DNA from: Escherichia coli | GTDB lineage: Bacteria > Pseudomonadota > Gammaproteobacteria > Enterobacterales > Enterobacteriaceae | Assembly (NCBI RefSeq): GCF_041886205.1 | Contig: NZ_CP169029.1 | Strand: one strand, 5' to 3' | Length of the DNA stretch: 64,000 nt | Shown here: positions 21,568 through 33,321 of the stretch, piece after piece | How positions within the stretch are numbered: position 1 is the first letter of the stretch | How the letters are laid out: each line of letters opens with the position of its first letter | The notes under the pieces: generated by a model | Told to the model about the DNA's origin: nothing | Database searches by the model: none | Seen by the model: only the letters and a program-made list of their open reading frames with translations | Translations under genes and position numbers: made by a program

Positions 21568-22665
21568 ATGAAAGGACGTTGGGTAAAGTACCTTCTTATG
21601 GGCACGGTTGTGGCAATGCTTGCCGCCTGCTCTTCCAAACCAACCGATCGCGGACAGCAATATAAAGACGGGAAATTTACCCAGCCTTTCTCTCTGGTGA
21701 ACCAGCCAGATGCCGTTGGCGCGCCGATTAACGCCGGTGATTTTGCCGAGCAAATTAACCATATCCGTAATTCGTCACCGCGTCTGTATGGCAACCAGAG
21801 TAATGTTTATAACGCGGTGCAAGAGTGGCTGCGCGCAGGCGGTGATACCCGCAATATGCGCCAGTTCGGCATTGATGCCTGGCAGATGGAAGGTGCCGAC
21901 AACTATGGTAACGTGCAGTTTACAGGCTATTACACGCCGGTAATTCAGGCGCGCCATACCCGCCAGGGCGAGTTCCAGTATCCTATTTACCGTATGCCGC
22001 CAAAACGTGGTCGTCTGCCGTCTCGTGCGGAGATCTACGCGGGGGCATTGAGTGATAAATATATTCTCGCTTACAGTAACTCCCTGATGGATAACTTCAT
22101 TATGGATGTGCAGGGTAGTGGGTATATCGACTTTGGTGATGGCAGTCCGCTTAACTTTTTCAGCTATGCAGGGAAAAACGGTCATGCCTATCGCAGCATT
22201 GGTAAGGTGCTGATCGACCGTGGCGAAGTGAAAAAAGAAGATATGTCGATGCAGGCGATTCGTCACTGGGGCGAAACACACAGTGAAGCCGAGGTTCGCG
22301 AGCTGCTGGAACAGAACCCGTCTTTCGTTTTCTTTAAACCGCAATCTTTTGCACCGGTGAAAGGGGCAAGTGCGGTGCCGCTGGTTGGCCGTGCTTCTGT
22401 TGCCTCCGATCGTTCAATTATTCCGCCAGGTACAACCTTGCTGGCAGAAGTGCCGCTGCTGGATAATAACGGCAAATTTAACGGTCAGTACGAATTGCGT
22501 CTGATGGTGGCGCTGGATGTCGGTGGCGCAATCAAAGGCCAACACTTCGATATCTATCAAGGGATCGGGCCGGAAGCCGGGCACCGCGCAGGTTGGTACA
22601 ACCACTATGGACGTGTCTGGGTGCTGAAAACCGCCCCGGGCGCAGGTAACGTCTTTAGCGGCTGA
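21568..22665 (+). CDS. mltA: membrane-bound lytic murein transglycosylase A (lipoprotein, 365 aa)
   Basis: Internal ATG at 21568 gives MKGRWVKYLLMGTVVAMLAACSS, a lipoprotein signal with lipobox LAAC; the track ORF is artificially extended upstream into the tRNA genes. Confidence 0.94.
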   Translation: MKGRWVKYLLMGTVVAMLAACSSKPTDRGQQYKDGKFTQPFSLVNQPDAVGAPINAGDFAEQINHIRNSSPRLYGNQSNVYNAVQEWLRAGGDTRNMRQFGIDAWQMEGADNYGNVQFTGYYTPVIQARHTRQGEFQYPIYRMPPKRGRLPSRAEIYAGALSDKYILAYSNSLMDNFIMDVQGSGYIDFGDGSPLNFFSYAGKNGHAYRSIGKVLIDRGEVKKEDMSMQAIRHWGETHSEAEVRELLEQNPSFVFFKPQSFAPVKGASAVPLVGRASVASDRSIIPPGTTLLAEVPLLDNNGKFNGQYELRLMVALDVGGAIKGQHFDIYQGIGPEAGHRAGWYNHYGRVWVLKTAPGAGNVFSG

Positions 22666-22741
22666 TGTGATATTCTGTATACCGTTTTGACGGATACGAT
22701 AGGGTGAGGGATAACCTCGCCCTTTTTAATTCTGAGGTGCT

Positions 22742-23548
22742 ATGTCTGTGGTAATTAGTGATGCATGGCGTCAGCGTTTTGGTGGCACAGCGCGTCTGTA
22801 TGGTGAAAAAGCGTTGCAACTGTTTGCTGACGCGCATATTTGTGTGGTTGGTATCGGTGGTGTCGGTTCCTGGGCGGCGGAAGCGCTGGCGCGCACGGGG
22901 ATTGGCGCAATCACGCTTATCGATATGGATGATGTGTGCGTCACCAATACCAATCGGCAAATTCACGCTCTGCGCGATAACGTCGGGCTGGCAAAAGCGG
23001 AAGTCATGGCGGAGCGTATTCGCCAGATTAACCCGGAGTGCCGTGTAACGGTGGTGGATGATTTCGTGACGCCGGATAACGTAGCGCAATATATGAGTGC
23101 CGGTTATTCGTACGTGATTGATGCCATTGATAGTGTACGGCCCAAAGCGGCGCTGATTGCTTATTGTCGGCGCAATAAAATCCCGCTGGTCACGACCGGT
23201 GGCGCGGGTGGGCAGATTGATCCGACGCAGATTCAGGTTACCGATCTGGCGAAAACGATTCAGGACCCGCTGGCGGCGAAGTTGCGCGAGCGCCTGAAAA
23301 GCGATTTTGGCGTAGTGAAAAACAGTAAAGGTAAGCTCGGCGTGGATTGCGTGTTTTCTACTGAAGCGCTGGTGTACCCGCAGTCAGACGGTACGGTGTG
23401 CGCGATGAAAGCCACGGCAGAAGGGCCGAAGCGGATGGATTGTGCATCTGGATTTGGCGCGGCAACGATGGTGACCGCCACCTTTGGGTTTGTTGCGGTT
23501 TCTCATGCGCTGAAGAAGATGATGGCGAAAGCGGCGCGTCAGGGTTAA
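22742..23548 (+). CDS. tcdA: tRNA threonylcarbamoyladenosine dehydratase (E1-like, 268 aa)
   Basis: 268 aa with nucleotide-binding GIGGVGSW motif of the ThiF/MoeB fold; adjacent to csdE-csdA as in E. coli. Confidence 0.93.
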   Translation: MSVVISDAWRQRFGGTARLYGEKALQLFADAHICVVGIGGVGSWAAEALARTGIGAITLIDMDDVCVTNTNRQIHALRDNVGLAKAEVMAERIRQINPECRVTVVDDFVTPDNVAQYMSAGYSYVIDAIDSVRPKAALIAYCRRNKIPLVTTGGAGGQIDPTQIQVTDLAKTIQDPLAAKLRERLKSDFGVVKNSKGKLGVDCVFSTEALVYPQSDGTVCAMKATAEGPKRMDCASGFGAATMVTATFGFVAVSHALKKMMAKAARQG

Positions 23549-23555
23549 ACAATCA

Positions 23556-23587
23556 GGTCGGATGAGACGCGAACGTCTTATCCGACC
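23556..23587. terminator. 14-bp-arm inverted repeat (ggtcggatgagacg / cgtcttatccgacc, 1 mismatch) between convergent tcdA and csdE; bidirectional terminator or REP-like
   Basis: Read directly from sequence between the two convergent stop codons. Confidence 0.5.
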
Positions 23588-23598
23588 CGGTTCTGTGC

Positions 23599-24042
23599 TT
23601 AAACCTGCTTCGTCGCAGCGATAATCGCCTCGCTTAACGCATTTAACCCCTGGCTGCGTGAGGCGCTAAGTTGCGCACGCAATCCCAGCTCATCAAACAA
23701 TGCCAGCGGCGACTGTGCCTGCAATTCGGCGGCGGTTTTCCCCTCAACGGCAGTCAACAGCACCGCCAGCAGGCCGCGCACAATGCGCCCTTCGCTGTCG
23801 CCAAAGAAGTGCATTTTACCGTTTTCAGTCACGGTATATCCCAGCCAGACGCGGTTTTCGCATCCGGCAATCTCTTTAGCCTGCGCTTTTAACTCGTCTG
23901 GCAAAGCCGGAAGCTGTTTCCCCAGCATGATCAACTGGCGATATTTATCTTCCCATTGCGACAACGGAGCGAAGGTATTGCGTAACGTTTCTGCGGTTAC
24001 GGTTGTGCCGAACGGATGTCCGGCGAATTGCGGGTTCGTCAT
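23599..24042 (-). CDS. csdE: sulfur acceptor protein CsdE (SufE-like, 147 aa)
   Basis: 147 aa minus-strand ORF immediately downstream of csdA, start overlapping the csdA stop. Confidence 0.92.
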   Translation of the reverse strand: MTNPQFAGHPFGTTVTAETLRNTFAPLSQWEDKYRQLIMLGKQLPALPDELKAQAKEIAGCENRVWLGYTVTENGKMHFFGDSEGRIVRGLLAVLLTAVEGKTAAELQAQSPLALFDELGLRAQLSASRSQGLNALSEAIIAATKQV

Positions 24043-25247
24043 TAATCCACCAATAATTCCAGCGCGCGGTCAACGGCATTCACCAGCGCATCCACATCAC
24101 TCTTTGTATTATATGGCGCAAATGAGGCGCGCAGTGTGCCGGTTACGCCTAATTCTGCCAGTAGCGGCTGAGCGCAATGTTGCCCGGCCCGCAAGGCAAT
24201 ACCGTACTCCGCCAGTAGCGTCACCATATCGCTGTGATGAACGCCAGCAAAATCAAAGGCCAGCAGGCTGGAATCCTGGCAGCGGAATGAACGAAAGCCT
24301 GGACGTTTCGCCAGCGCTTCTTCTGCAAGCGTTGCTAAGCTACGGCTCCAGCTTTCGGCCTGGTTGATATCGTAATCTGCCAGCCATTCCAGCGCCGCGC
24401 TTAATCCTATGACGCCAGCGACATTTGGCGTTCCTGCTTCCAGTTTCCACGGCGCAGATTGAGTGGTGAAACCGTCAAAACTCACTTCGTGAATCATTTT
24501 GCCGCCACCCAGCCAGGGCGACATCGCTTCCAGCAGTTCTGATTTGCCATACAGCACGCCGATACCCGTCGGGCCATACAGTTTGTGACCAGAGAAAGCA
24601 TAGAAATCGATATCCAGTTGCTGAACATCTGCGGGGAAATGCACCGCCCCCTGAGCACCATCAACCATCACCACCATCCCGGCTGAATGAGCAAAGGTAA
24701 TCGCTCGCGCCAGATCCGGGCAACCGCCAGTAACGTTCGACATCTGACCCAACGCCAGAATCCGACTACGGGGAGTAATCAGTTCTGGCAACAAATCGAC
24801 ACCCGGCAGTCGCTGCGCATTAAGCGGCAATTTAACCACTTTGGCTCCAGTTTGTTGGGCGACCATCAGCCAGGGGACGAGGTTGGCGTGGTGTTCTGCC
24901 ACGCTGACAATAATCTCATCGCCCGGTTGCAGACGCGGACGCGCATAGCATTGTGCAACCATGTTGATGGATTCAGTGGTGCCGCGCGTCCAGACGATAG
25001 TTTTATCATCCGGTGCATTCAGTAATTGCGCCACTTTCTCTCGTGCAGCTTCATAACGCGCGGTCAGGCGTTGGGCTTCGGCAAACTGGCTGCGATGGAC
25101 GTTTCCGGCGCTCAGGCTGTAAAACTGTCGGGTGGCTTCAACCACGGCTTCAGGTTTAAGCGCGGTCGCGGCGCTGTCGAGATAGACGCCCGCATCCTGT
25201 AGAGCGGGAAACTGGGCGCGAAACTGCGCGGGATTAAAAACGTTCAT
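24042..25247 (-). CDS. csdA: cysteine sulfinate desulfinase / cysteine desulfurase CsdA (PLP-dependent, 401 aa)
   Basis: Trimmed to the ATG at 25245-25247 (RBS aggag) giving [32 protein letters not shown], the known CsdA N-terminus. Confidence 0.94.
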   Translation of the reverse strand: MNVFNPAQFRAQFPALQDAGVYLDSAATALKPEAVVEATRQFYSLSAGNVHRSQFAEAQRLTARYEAAREKVAQLLNAPDDKTIVWTRGTTESINMVAQCYARPRLQPGDEIIVSVAEHHANLVPWLMVAQQTGAKVVKLPLNAQRLPGVDLLPELITPRSRILALGQMSNVTGGCPDLARAITFAHSAGMVVMVDGAQGAVHFPADVQQLDIDFYAFSGHKLYGPTGIGVLYGKSELLEAMSPWLGGGKMIHEVSFDGFTTQSAPWKLEAGTPNVAGVIGLSAALEWLADYDINQAESWSRSLATLAEEALAKRPGFRSFRCQDSSLLAFDFAGVHHSDMVTLLAEYGIALRAGQHCAQPLLAELGVTGTLRASFAPYNTKSDVDALVNAVDRALELLVD

Positions 25248-25438
25248 GGTACTCCTCGGCTTGATGCACCGATCGTGACGCAAAATTCACTTTGATACAA
25301 GGAGAGTGCTAACCATCAGAATTATCTGGATATCCTGGCGAAGCCGCGTAAGTAACATATGCTGAATAGTGTTAGGCGTTAATTTTAGCCTGTTAATCAA
25401 TACTATTAAGATTTATTAATCGCTTTAAGGAGAAGATG

Positions 25439-25666
25439 ATGAAAAAGACTGCCGCAATTATTTCTGCCTGTATGCTGACTTTTGCCCTGAGCGCCTGTTC
25501 CGGTTCGAACTATGTGATGCACACCAATGACGGACGTACCATCGTCTCTGACGGCAAACCACAGACTGATAACGATACCGGTATGATTTCGTATAAAGAC
25601 GCTAATGGCAACAAACAGCAGATCAACCGTACTGACGTGAAAGAGATGGTCGAACTGGATCAGTAA
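25439..25666 (+). CDS. ygdI: small lipoprotein YgdI (DUF903, 75 aa)
   Basis: [22 protein letters not shown] lipoprotein signal; RBS aaggag; located between csdA and gcvB. Confidence 0.85.
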   Translation: MKKTAAIISACMLTFALSACSGSNYVMHTNDGRTIVSDGKPQTDNDTGMISYKDANGNKQQINRTDVKEMVELDQ

Positions 25667-25682
25667 TTCACGATCGCAAGGT

Positions 25683-25888
25683 AAAAAAAAGCACCGCAAT
25701 TAGGCGGTGCTACATTAATCACTATGGACAGACAGGGTAAATGTACAGGAAGTGAAAAAAGGTAGCTTTGCTACCATGGTCTGAATCGCAGACCAATTGC
25801 AAACACAACAACACAACATCACAACCGTAAGCCAAAAGTTCACCAGAACACGCATTCCGATAAAACTTTTCGTTCCGGCTCAGGAAGT
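25683..25888 (-). ncRNA. gcvB: GcvB small regulatory RNA (~206 nt), divergent from gcvA
   Basis: Minus-strand reading starts ACTTCCTGAGCCGGAACGAAAAGTTTTATCGGAATG, contains the GU-rich TGTGATGTTGTGTTGTGTTTGCAATTGGTCTG region, and ends with hairpin GCACCGCCTAATTGCGGTGC plus U8. Confidence 0.9.
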
Positions 25889-26016
25889 GCCGCCACTATA
25901 GGTATTTGCTGGTAGAAGCTCAACGGACAATTTATAATGGCTCAGATTAAAAAAACTAATAGGTTACATAGTGTGATCTAATTGTTAAATTCATTTAACA
26001 TCAAAGTTTAAAAGCC

Positions 26017-26934
26017 ATGTCTAAACGATTACCACCGCTAAATGCCTTACGAGTTTTTGATGCCGCAGCACGCCATTTAAGTTTCACTCGCGCAGCAGAA
26101 GAGCTTTTTGTGACCCAGGCCGCAGTAAGTCATCAAATCAAGTCTCTTGAGGATTTTCTGGGGCTAAAACTGTTCCGCCGCCGTAATCGTTCACTCCTGC
26201 TGACCGAGGAAGGTCAAAGCTATTTCCTCGATATCAAAGAGATATTTTCGCAATTAACCGAAGCGACGCGTAAACTCCAGGCCCGTAGCGCCAAGGGGGC
26301 GTTGACGGTCAGTTTACTCCCCAGTTTCGCCATTCATTGGTTGGTTCCGCGACTTTCCAGCTTTAATTCAGCTTATCCGGGAATTGACGTTCGAATCCAG
26401 GCGGTTGACCGTCAGGAAGATAAGCTGGCGGATGATGTTGATGTGGCGATATTTTATGGTCGGGGCAACTGGCCGGGGCTACGGGTGGAAAAACTGTACG
26501 CCGAATATTTATTGCCGGTGTGTTCGCCGCTACTGCTGACAGGCGAAAAACCCTTGAAGACCCCGGAAGATCTGGCTAAACATACGTTATTACATGATGC
26601 GTCACGCCGTGACTGGCAGACATATACCCGACAGTTGGGGTTAAATCATATCAACGTTCAGCAAGGGCCAATTTTTAGTCATAGCGCCATGGTGCTGCAA
26701 GCGGCTATTCACGGGCAGGGAGTGGCGCTGGCAAATAACGTGATGGCGCAATCTGAAATCGAGGCCGGACGTCTTGTTTGCCCGTTTAATGATGTTCTGG
26801 TCAGTAAAAACGCTTTTTATCTGGTTTGTCATGACAGCCAGGCAGAACTGGGTAAAATAGCCGCCTTTCGCCAATGGATCCTGGCGAAAGCCGCTGCTGA
26901 ACAAGAAAAATTCCGCTTTCGTTATGAACAATAA
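26017..26934 (+). CDS. gcvA: LysR-family transcriptional regulator of the glycine cleavage system (305 aa)
   Basis: 305 aa; N-terminal HTH LNALRVFDAAARHLSFTRAAEELFVTQAAVSHQIKSLE; divergent from gcvB. Confidence 0.95.
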   Translation: MSKRLPPLNALRVFDAAARHLSFTRAAEELFVTQAAVSHQIKSLEDFLGLKLFRRRNRSLLLTEEGQSYFLDIKEIFSQLTEATRKLQARSAKGALTVSLLPSFAIHWLVPRLSSFNSAYPGIDVRIQAVDRQEDKLADDVDVAIFYGRGNWPGLRVEKLYAEYLLPVCSPLLLTGEKPLKTPEDLAKHTLLHDASRRDWQTYTRQLGLNHINVQQGPIFSHSAMVLQAAIHGQGVALANNVMAQSEIEAGRLVCPFNDVLVSKNAFYLVCHDSQAELGKIAAFRQWILAKAAAEQEKFRFRYEQ

Positions 26935-26952
26935 TTTACGTAGGGTACGACC

Positions 26953-27348
26953 ATGACCAGCCGTTTTATGCTGATTTTCGCCGCCATTAGCGGCTTCATT
27001 TTTGTGGCTCTGGGCGCTTTTGGCGCGCATGTGTTAAGTAAAACCATGGGGGCCGTTGAGATGGGCTGGATCCAGACCGGCCTCGAATACCAGGCGTTTC
27101 ATACGCTGGCGATCTTAGGTCTGGCGGTGGCAATGCAGCGTCGCATCAGTATCTGGTTTTACTGGAGTAGCGTTTTCCTCGCGTTAGGCACGGTGTTATT
27201 CAGCGGCAGCCTTTATTGCCTGGCGCTGTCCCATCTGCGTTTGTGGGCGTTTGTCACTCCGGTTGGCGGCGTGAGCTTCCTCGCGGGCTGGGCGTTAATG
27301 TTAGTTGGTGCTATCCGTTTAAAGCGCAAGGGCGTAAGTCATGAATAA
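26953..27348 (+). CDS. ygdD: DUF423 inner membrane protein YgdD (131 aa)
   Basis: 131 aa hydrophobic protein between gcvA and rlmM. Confidence 0.88.
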
Positions 27349-28441
27349 GGTTGTATTGCTGTGCCGTCCGGGCTTTGAAAAAGAGTGCGCCGCAGAAATT
27401 ACCGATAAAGCCGGCCAGCGGGAAATTTTCGGTTTTGCCCGCGTGAAAGAGAATGCGGGTTATGTCATTTATGAATGTTATCAACCTGATGATGGCGATA
27501 AGTTAATCCGTGAGCTGCCGTTCAGTTCATTAATTTTTGCCCGCCAGTGGTTTGTGGTGGGGGAACTCCTGCAGCACTTGCCGCCAGAAGATCGTATTAC
27601 CCCCATTGTCGGCATGTTACAGGGCGTAGTAGAGAAGGGCGGTGAACTGCGTGTTGAAGTTGCCGATACCAACGAAAGCAAAGAGTTGCTGAAATTCTGC
27701 CGTAAATTTACTGTTCCGCTACGCGCTGCCTTGCGCGATGCCGGGGTGCTGGCGAACTATGAAACGCCGAAGCGTCCGGTTGTGCATGTATTCTTTATTG
27801 CACCAGGCTGCTGCTATACCGGTTACTCATACAGCAACAATAATTCGCCGTTCTATATGGGCATTCCGCGCCTGAAATTTCCGGCAGATGCGCCGAGTCG
27901 TTCCACGCTCAAACTGGAAGAGGCATTTCATGTGTTTATTCCTGCGGATGAGTGGGATGAACGCCTGGCGAACGGGATGTGGGCGGTGGATTTAGGCGCT
28001 TGCCCTGGCGGCTGGACCTACCAACTGGTGAAGCGCAACATGTGGGTTTATTCCGTCGACAACGGCCCGATGGCGCAAAGTCTGATGGATACCGGACAGG
28101 TGACGTGGCTGCGGGAAGACGGTTTCAAATTCCGTCCGACGCGCAGCAATATCTCCTGGATGGTATGCGATATGGTTGAAAAACCGGCGAAAGTTGCGGC
28201 ATTGATGGCGCAGTGGCTGGTTAATGGCTGGTGTCGTGAAACCATTTTCAACCTCAAACTGCCGATGAAAAAACGCTACGAAGAAGTGTCACACAATCTG
28301 GCGTATATTCAGGCACAGCTTGATGAACATGGCATAAATGCTCAGATTCAGGCGCGGCAGTTGTATCACGATCGCGAAGAAGTGACGGTGCACGTCCGCC
28401 GCATCTGGGCTGCGGTGGGTGGTCGTCGCGACGAGCGATAA
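27341..28441 (+). CDS. rlmM: 23S rRNA (cytidine2498-2'-O)-methyltransferase RlmM (366 aa)
   Basis: 366 aa; N-terminus [20 protein letters not shown]; overlaps the ygdD stop. Confidence 0.93.
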
Positions 28442-28447
28442 CAGGCA

Positions 28448-28471
28448 AGGCCGGGGCGTCGTCTCCGGCCT
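28448..28471. terminator. GC-rich hairpin (aggccgg / ccggcct, 10-nt loop) between convergent rlmM and fucR
   Basis: Read directly from sequence, 7 nt after the rlmM stop. Confidence 0.5.
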
Positions 28472-28484
28472 GCTACCCTTTCCG

Positions 28485-29216
28485 TCAGGCTGTTACCAAA
28501 GAAGTTGCAACCTGGCGCTCATCAGAAATAATGTGCGTTACCTCATCCAGATGCCCGATGCGGGCTTCCCCTGAACGATTAAATTTACTTTTATCAATCA
28601 ATAACAACGATTGCGCGGCACGTTTTAATAGCATCGATTTGTAATCAGCGTTGATGGCATTGGAGTCCCACAGTGCGCCGCTGCTATCGATCCCTTCACA
28701 AGAAAAAATAAACAGATCGATTTCCAGCGATTTAAGTTGGGAAATCAGCGAGGGATTGACGTAACAGCCATATTTGCGCTCAAGTGTGCCGCCGGAACTG
28801 ATCAGTTGAATGCGTTCGCGTTTACCGAGTTCATGGCAAATCGGATGGCTATTGGTGAAGACCTGAATGTTGATGTCAGGCAACTGGCGTGCCAGATACC
28901 AGCAAGTTGAACTGGCGTCTAAGGCTATCACCATCCCTTCTTCAATCCACGCGAGCGCCTCGCGCGCGATATCTGCTTTATGCGCATAATGGCTTTTCAG
29001 CCGGATGTGAAAGGGATCGCCACTGTCTTGATTTTGACGGTGGATATATTTAGCGCGTCCATGATTGCGCAGAATTTTACCCTGCGTCTGTAATTCATTG
29101 AGATCGCGACGAATGGTTTCTTTACTGACCTTTAGCTGTTCAGAGAGAGCTTCCGTGGTCAGGCTGGTATGGTTCAGCAGCAGGTCGACTATCGCTTGCT
29201 GGCGTGCCGCTTTCAT
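28485..29216 (-). CDS. fucR: L-fucose operon activator FucR (DeoR family, 243 aa)
   Basis: ATG at 29214-29216 gives MKAARQQAIVDLLLNHTSLTTEALSEQLKVSKETIRRDLNEL, a DeoR-type HTH. Confidence 0.94.
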   Translation of the reverse strand: MKAARQQAIVDLLLNHTSLTTEALSEQLKVSKETIRRDLNELQTQGKILRNHGRAKYIHRQNQDSGDPFHIRLKSHYAHKADIAREALAWIEEGMVIALDASSTCWYLARQLPDINIQVFTNSHPICHELGKRERIQLISSGGTLERKYGCYVNPSLISQLKSLEIDLFIFSCEGIDSSGALWDSNAINADYKSMLLKRAAQSLLLIDKSKFNRSGEARIGHLDEVTHIISDERQVATSLVTA

Positions 29217-29273
29217 ATTTTTCACCCCATCATTCGATAACCGCCCGCGTCATGCGGGCGTACCGGTATGAGA

Positions 29274-29696
29274 TTACGGTGTTACCCCTTTTTTTAAAAG
29301 AATATTCCCGTACTTCGCTCGTTCGCCTGTGATAACGATCGCAAAGGCTTTTTGCGCCCGTTCATAAAACGCAAAACGATTGATGCGGATGATGTCAGGA
29401 CACGGGGCTTGTAGTGAAAGCGCATTACGGTAACGTCGTTCTACTTCAGGATCGAGAGTATCACCTTCTACCGCTGCCATCATCACCAGCGGCGGTGCAT
29501 AACTGTCCAGTTCAAATAACGGGATAATCGCCTGGAGCAAGTCGCTCACCAACAGGCCATCAGCGCGGATCACCTGCGGTCCCATCGAATGGGCGGGAAA
29601 GTGAGCATCGGAAAAAATAATTTCATCTCCATGTCCCATCTCTGCCAGCACTTTCAATAGTTCGGGAGAAATTAACGGCGAAATTGTTTTCAGCAT
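29274..29696 (-). CDS. fucU: L-fucose mutarotase FucU (RbsD/FucU family, 140 aa)
   Basis: 140 aa; N-terminus [35 protein letters not shown]. Confidence 0.94.
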
Positions 29697-29697
29697 T

Positions 29698-31116
29698 TCA
29701 CACTTCCTCTATAAATTCAGGTTCAGTTTGCGGGTAGAAATAACGGTACTGATAATGAATCTGTGCACGGGCTTCTTCCGGGCTGTTAAATTCCCCTACG
29801 CCATACCAACCGAACAGCGCAGCTCCTGCGACGGTCGTTTCGGCATCGTCGAGAACTTTTACCGGAATATCAAGCATATTGGCTTTAATCTGATTCCACA
29901 ATGTGTTGCGACTTCCTCCGCCGACTAACAATAATTCAGAGGCTTTAAAGTGCCCGATTTTTTCCAGCATCTGTAGATTGCGCTGTAATTGCGCGGTTAA
30001 CCCTTCCAGCGCCGCGCGATAGAAATGCCCCCGCGTAGTATTAAGCGTCACTCCTTGCCAGCCAGCGTTCTGACACGACAATAAATCACACTGCATTTTC
30101 ACGCCATCCGCGCCAGGTGCGATCAGACGAGCTTCTTCAATCAACATTTGCCAGGGTGTTTCAGCCGTCCAGAACAGTTTTCTCACCCATTCCAGCACGC
30201 CGGATGCCAGCCATTGCATACCTGGGTTATACAACCCTGCCTGGCTATCCAGTTCGCAGGTGGAACCGGCGTACTGACTTAACAGCGAAGTATCAACCTG
30301 GGCGCTACGGACCATTAAAATTTCCCATGTACCGGAGGAGAGCACTGGTTCATTTTGTTCGGCACCAGCGCCAAAAAGGGCGAACTGGGTATCGTGACCT
30401 GCGGAAATCACCGGTATGCCAACGGGTAAGCCGAGCATTGCTGCGGCGCTGTTCTGTAGCGTACCAATCTGTTCACCCGCTTCCACCAGACGAGGGAAGA
30501 GTCGGCATGGAATACCGGTGGCTTGTAAAATTTGCGGACTGAAATCGCGTTGCTGGATATCCAGCATCTGGCTGGTTCCGGCCATCGTGATATCAGTAGT
30601 GAATTCGCCGGTTAAACGGTGGTTAATCAGCGACGAAATGAAGAGCCAGGCGTGCGCGCGTTCCAGCAGTTGTGGATGATTTTCTTTCAACCACACCAAC
30701 TTATATAACGTATTGAAACTAAAGGCTCCGACGCCAGAAATAGCCTGCAACCGCTGTGCGGAGATTAACCGTTTAATATTGTCCATAACCGCTGCTGTTC
30801 GCGGACATTTCCAGCTAATGATCGGATAGAGCAGATTGCCTTGCTTATCTACCAGAGCGCCATCCACACCAAAGGTGGTGACGGCGATACCGCGGATGTG
30901 GCATTCAGTCAGTTCACTATTGATTTGCCGACAGCAATCAGCAAAGCGTTGCAAAATGGCGTCTAAAGACCACTGGTGCCAGGTGTTGTTTTCCATCGCG
31001 ATATCGCTGGCATTAGGCGTTGAGGCGCGGGCAACAATTTTTCCCTGCCGATTAACCGCGATGGCCCTGACATTGGTCGCGCCACAGTCGAGTACCAGGA
31101 TAACTTCTTGTTTCAT
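29698..31116 (-). CDS. fucK: L-fuculokinase FucK (FGGY family, 472 aa)
   Basis: ATG at 31114-31116 with RBS aggag gives [21 protein letters not shown]; an alternative upstream start at 31146 would give 482 aa. Confidence 0.93.
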
Positions 31117-31224
31117 AATCGCTCCTGCAATATAGCCGGATAACATTGCTTATCCGGCTAACCACTCTTGCTTGTTCAGGCCCGGTAGCCGGAGCGACCG
31201 GGCATCACATCAGGGAGTAATGTA

Positions 31225-33000
31225 TTAACGCTTGTACAACGGACCGTAGTTCTGGCAAGCGCGGTAATCCTGGCCTTCAATATCCATGCCGTGCGCAGCC
31301 CAGGCAGAAGGACGATACACTTTGGTCTCTTCAACGTTGTGCATACATACCGGGATACGCAGCATGGAGGCGAGAGTGATAAAGTCTGCGCCAACGTGGC
31401 CGATGGTCAGAACCCCATGGTTAGCGCCCCAGTTCGCCATTACCGAGTACACATCCGTAAACGGCCCTTTACCGGTGAGGCGCGGTGCAAACCAGGTGGT
31501 TGGCCAGGTTGAGTTGGTGCGTTTGTTGAGGATGTCATGCACATCCTTCGGCAATTCCACGCTCCAGCCTTCCGCGATTTGCAGTACCGGTCCCAGGCCT
31601 TTGATGATATTGACACGGGTCATGGTGAACGGGACGCCGCCTTCGGTAAGGAAGCGGGAAGAGTAACCGCCGCCACGGAAGTATTCGTGGATCGCCGGGC
31701 ACCATTCGGTAGCGGCGAGGCAAGCGTCAGCCTCTTGCTGAGAGATTTTCCAGTGCGGCTTCATCGTCGGGTTACCTTCGCTGTCGCGTTGTTTACAGGA
31801 ACCGTCCAGCGCAGCAGAACCTGAGTTGATCAAATGGATGATGCCGTGTTCTGCCAGTCCGTCGAGTTTATGCCCCGTTACACGCTCAATTGCTTCTGGT
31901 GACCAGTAGGTACGCACATCGGCAAATACCTGAGCGGTGCCGGTGAGCTGGTGACCCATTAGCATTGCCACGCCGTTAAGACTGTCGTTTTCGGTCGCCA
32001 CGACAAAGGGTTCGCGCACGCCATTCCAGTCAAATGAACTGTTGAGGATCGCTTCGGCAGTGTCACCATTGGGATATTGATCGGTCCAGTGGCGTTGTCC
32101 CTGGAAGCCCGCAGCGATGGCGTTGTAGCCAAGTGATTCTTCCACGCGACCAATATCGGCCAGTTTGCTGTTGCCTTGCATCATGTCGCGGATACACATC
32201 GCCATCAGTAAACTTTCGCGCAGAACTGCGCGGCTTTGCTCGGCATTGCGTTGATACTGTTTGTTATTTTCATCTTCGCCGTAGCGGAAGTTTTTATCAG
32301 CCCAGGCCAGCGCCATTTCCAGTTCGGCTTCGTCGTAAATCTTCTGATCGATACGGCGACGCAGTTCGGTCATATCCACCGCCTGGACTTTCATTCCCAG
32401 CCAGGATTCAAAGAAGTTGTGATCAACGATGGAACCAGCGATACCCATCGAAACGCCGCCCAGCGACAGATAGCTTTTACCTTTCATGCTGGCGACTGCC
32501 AAACCGGCGCGGGCAAAGCGCAGCAGTTTTTCTTCAACATCGGCTGGAATCGATGTGTCATCGGCATCCTGAACGTCATGACCGTAAATGGAGAATGCCG
32601 GGATGCCTTTCTGGCTGTGAGCTGCCAGAGCCGCTGCCAGGTAAACAGCGCCGGGACGTTCAGTGCCGTTAAAGCCCCAAATGGCTTTCGGGCGGGTTGG
32701 ATCCATGTCGATGGTTTCACTGCCATAGCACCAGCAAGGCGTTACCGTAATGGTGAGGCCTACATTCTGGCTGCTGAATTTTTCTTCGCAAGCAGCGGCT
32801 TCAGCCATACCCGCGATACAGGTATCGGAAATGACACACTCGACGGCAGCTCCGCAGGCATGGCGCAGTTTCTCGGTCAGCAGTGTGGCCGTGGCTTTCG
32901 CCATATTCATTGTTTGTTCTTCAAGCGACTCACGAACACCCATGCGACGACCGTCAATAACCGGGCGGATACCAATTTTCGGTAACGTATTAATTTTCAT
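31225..33000 (-). CDS. fucI: L-fucose isomerase FucI (591 aa)
   Basis: 591 aa; N-terminus [34 protein letters not shown]; RBS gagga. Confidence 0.95.
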   Translation of the reverse strand: MKINTLPKIGIRPVIDGRRMGVRESLEEQTMNMAKATATLLTEKLRHACGAAVECVISDTCIAGMAEAAACEEKFSSQNVGLTITVTPCWCYGSETIDMDPTRPKAIWGFNGTERPGAVYLAAALAAHSQKGIPAFSIYGHDVQDADDTSIPADVEEKLLRFARAGLAVASMKGKSYLSLGGVSMGIAGSIVDHNFFESWLGMKVQAVDMTELRRRIDQKIYDEAELEMALAWADKNFRYGEDENNKQYQRNAEQSRAVLRESLLMAMCIRDMMQGNSKLADIGRVEESLGYNAIAAGFQGQRHWTDQYPNGDTAEAILNSSFDWNGVREPFVVATENDSLNGVAMLMGHQLTGTAQVFADVRTYWSPEAIERVTGHKLDGLAEHGIIHLINSGSAALDGSCKQRDSEGNPTMKPHWKISQQEADACLAATEWCPAIHEYFRGGGYSSRFLTEGGVPFTMTRVNIIKGLGPVLQIAEGWSVELPKDVHDILNKRTNSTWPTTWFAPRLTGKGPFTDVYSVMANWGANHGVLTIGHVGADFITLASMLRIPVCMHNVEETKVYRPSAWAAHGMDIEGQDYRACQNYGPLYKR

Positions 33001-33082
33001 CAGGATTCCTCATCTCGCTTTATTGGCGCTCTGCTAAGGCGGAGAAAGGAAACCACCGAAGCAGTAGTATTGGTCATTATTT

Positions 33083-33098
33083 GCTAACTCGAGTTAGC
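33083..33098. promoter_or_regulatory. perfect 16-bp palindrome GCTAACTCGAGTTAGC (copy 1), candidate LacI-family operator, about 83 bp upstream of the fucI start
   Basis: Read directly from sequence; the central CG and the 16-bp twofold symmetry are typical of LacI/GalR-family operators. Confidence 0.55.
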
Positions 33099-33321
33099 TT
33101 AGGTTTGTAGGCTTTTTATGCACAACTTTTTTGTTGTTGAAATGTGAGGGGCTTCACGAGAAGTGGTTAAAATACGATCTCTGTCAAATTATTATTTAGC
33201 GGGAGAAAAATAAATTTTACGTATAATCATATGGTTATTAGATTTTAATGGTTATGCATCACAGTTTTAACTCAAATGATTTGGCTAATTTGTATACCTA
33301 AAATAGCTTTAAAAGGCGATC

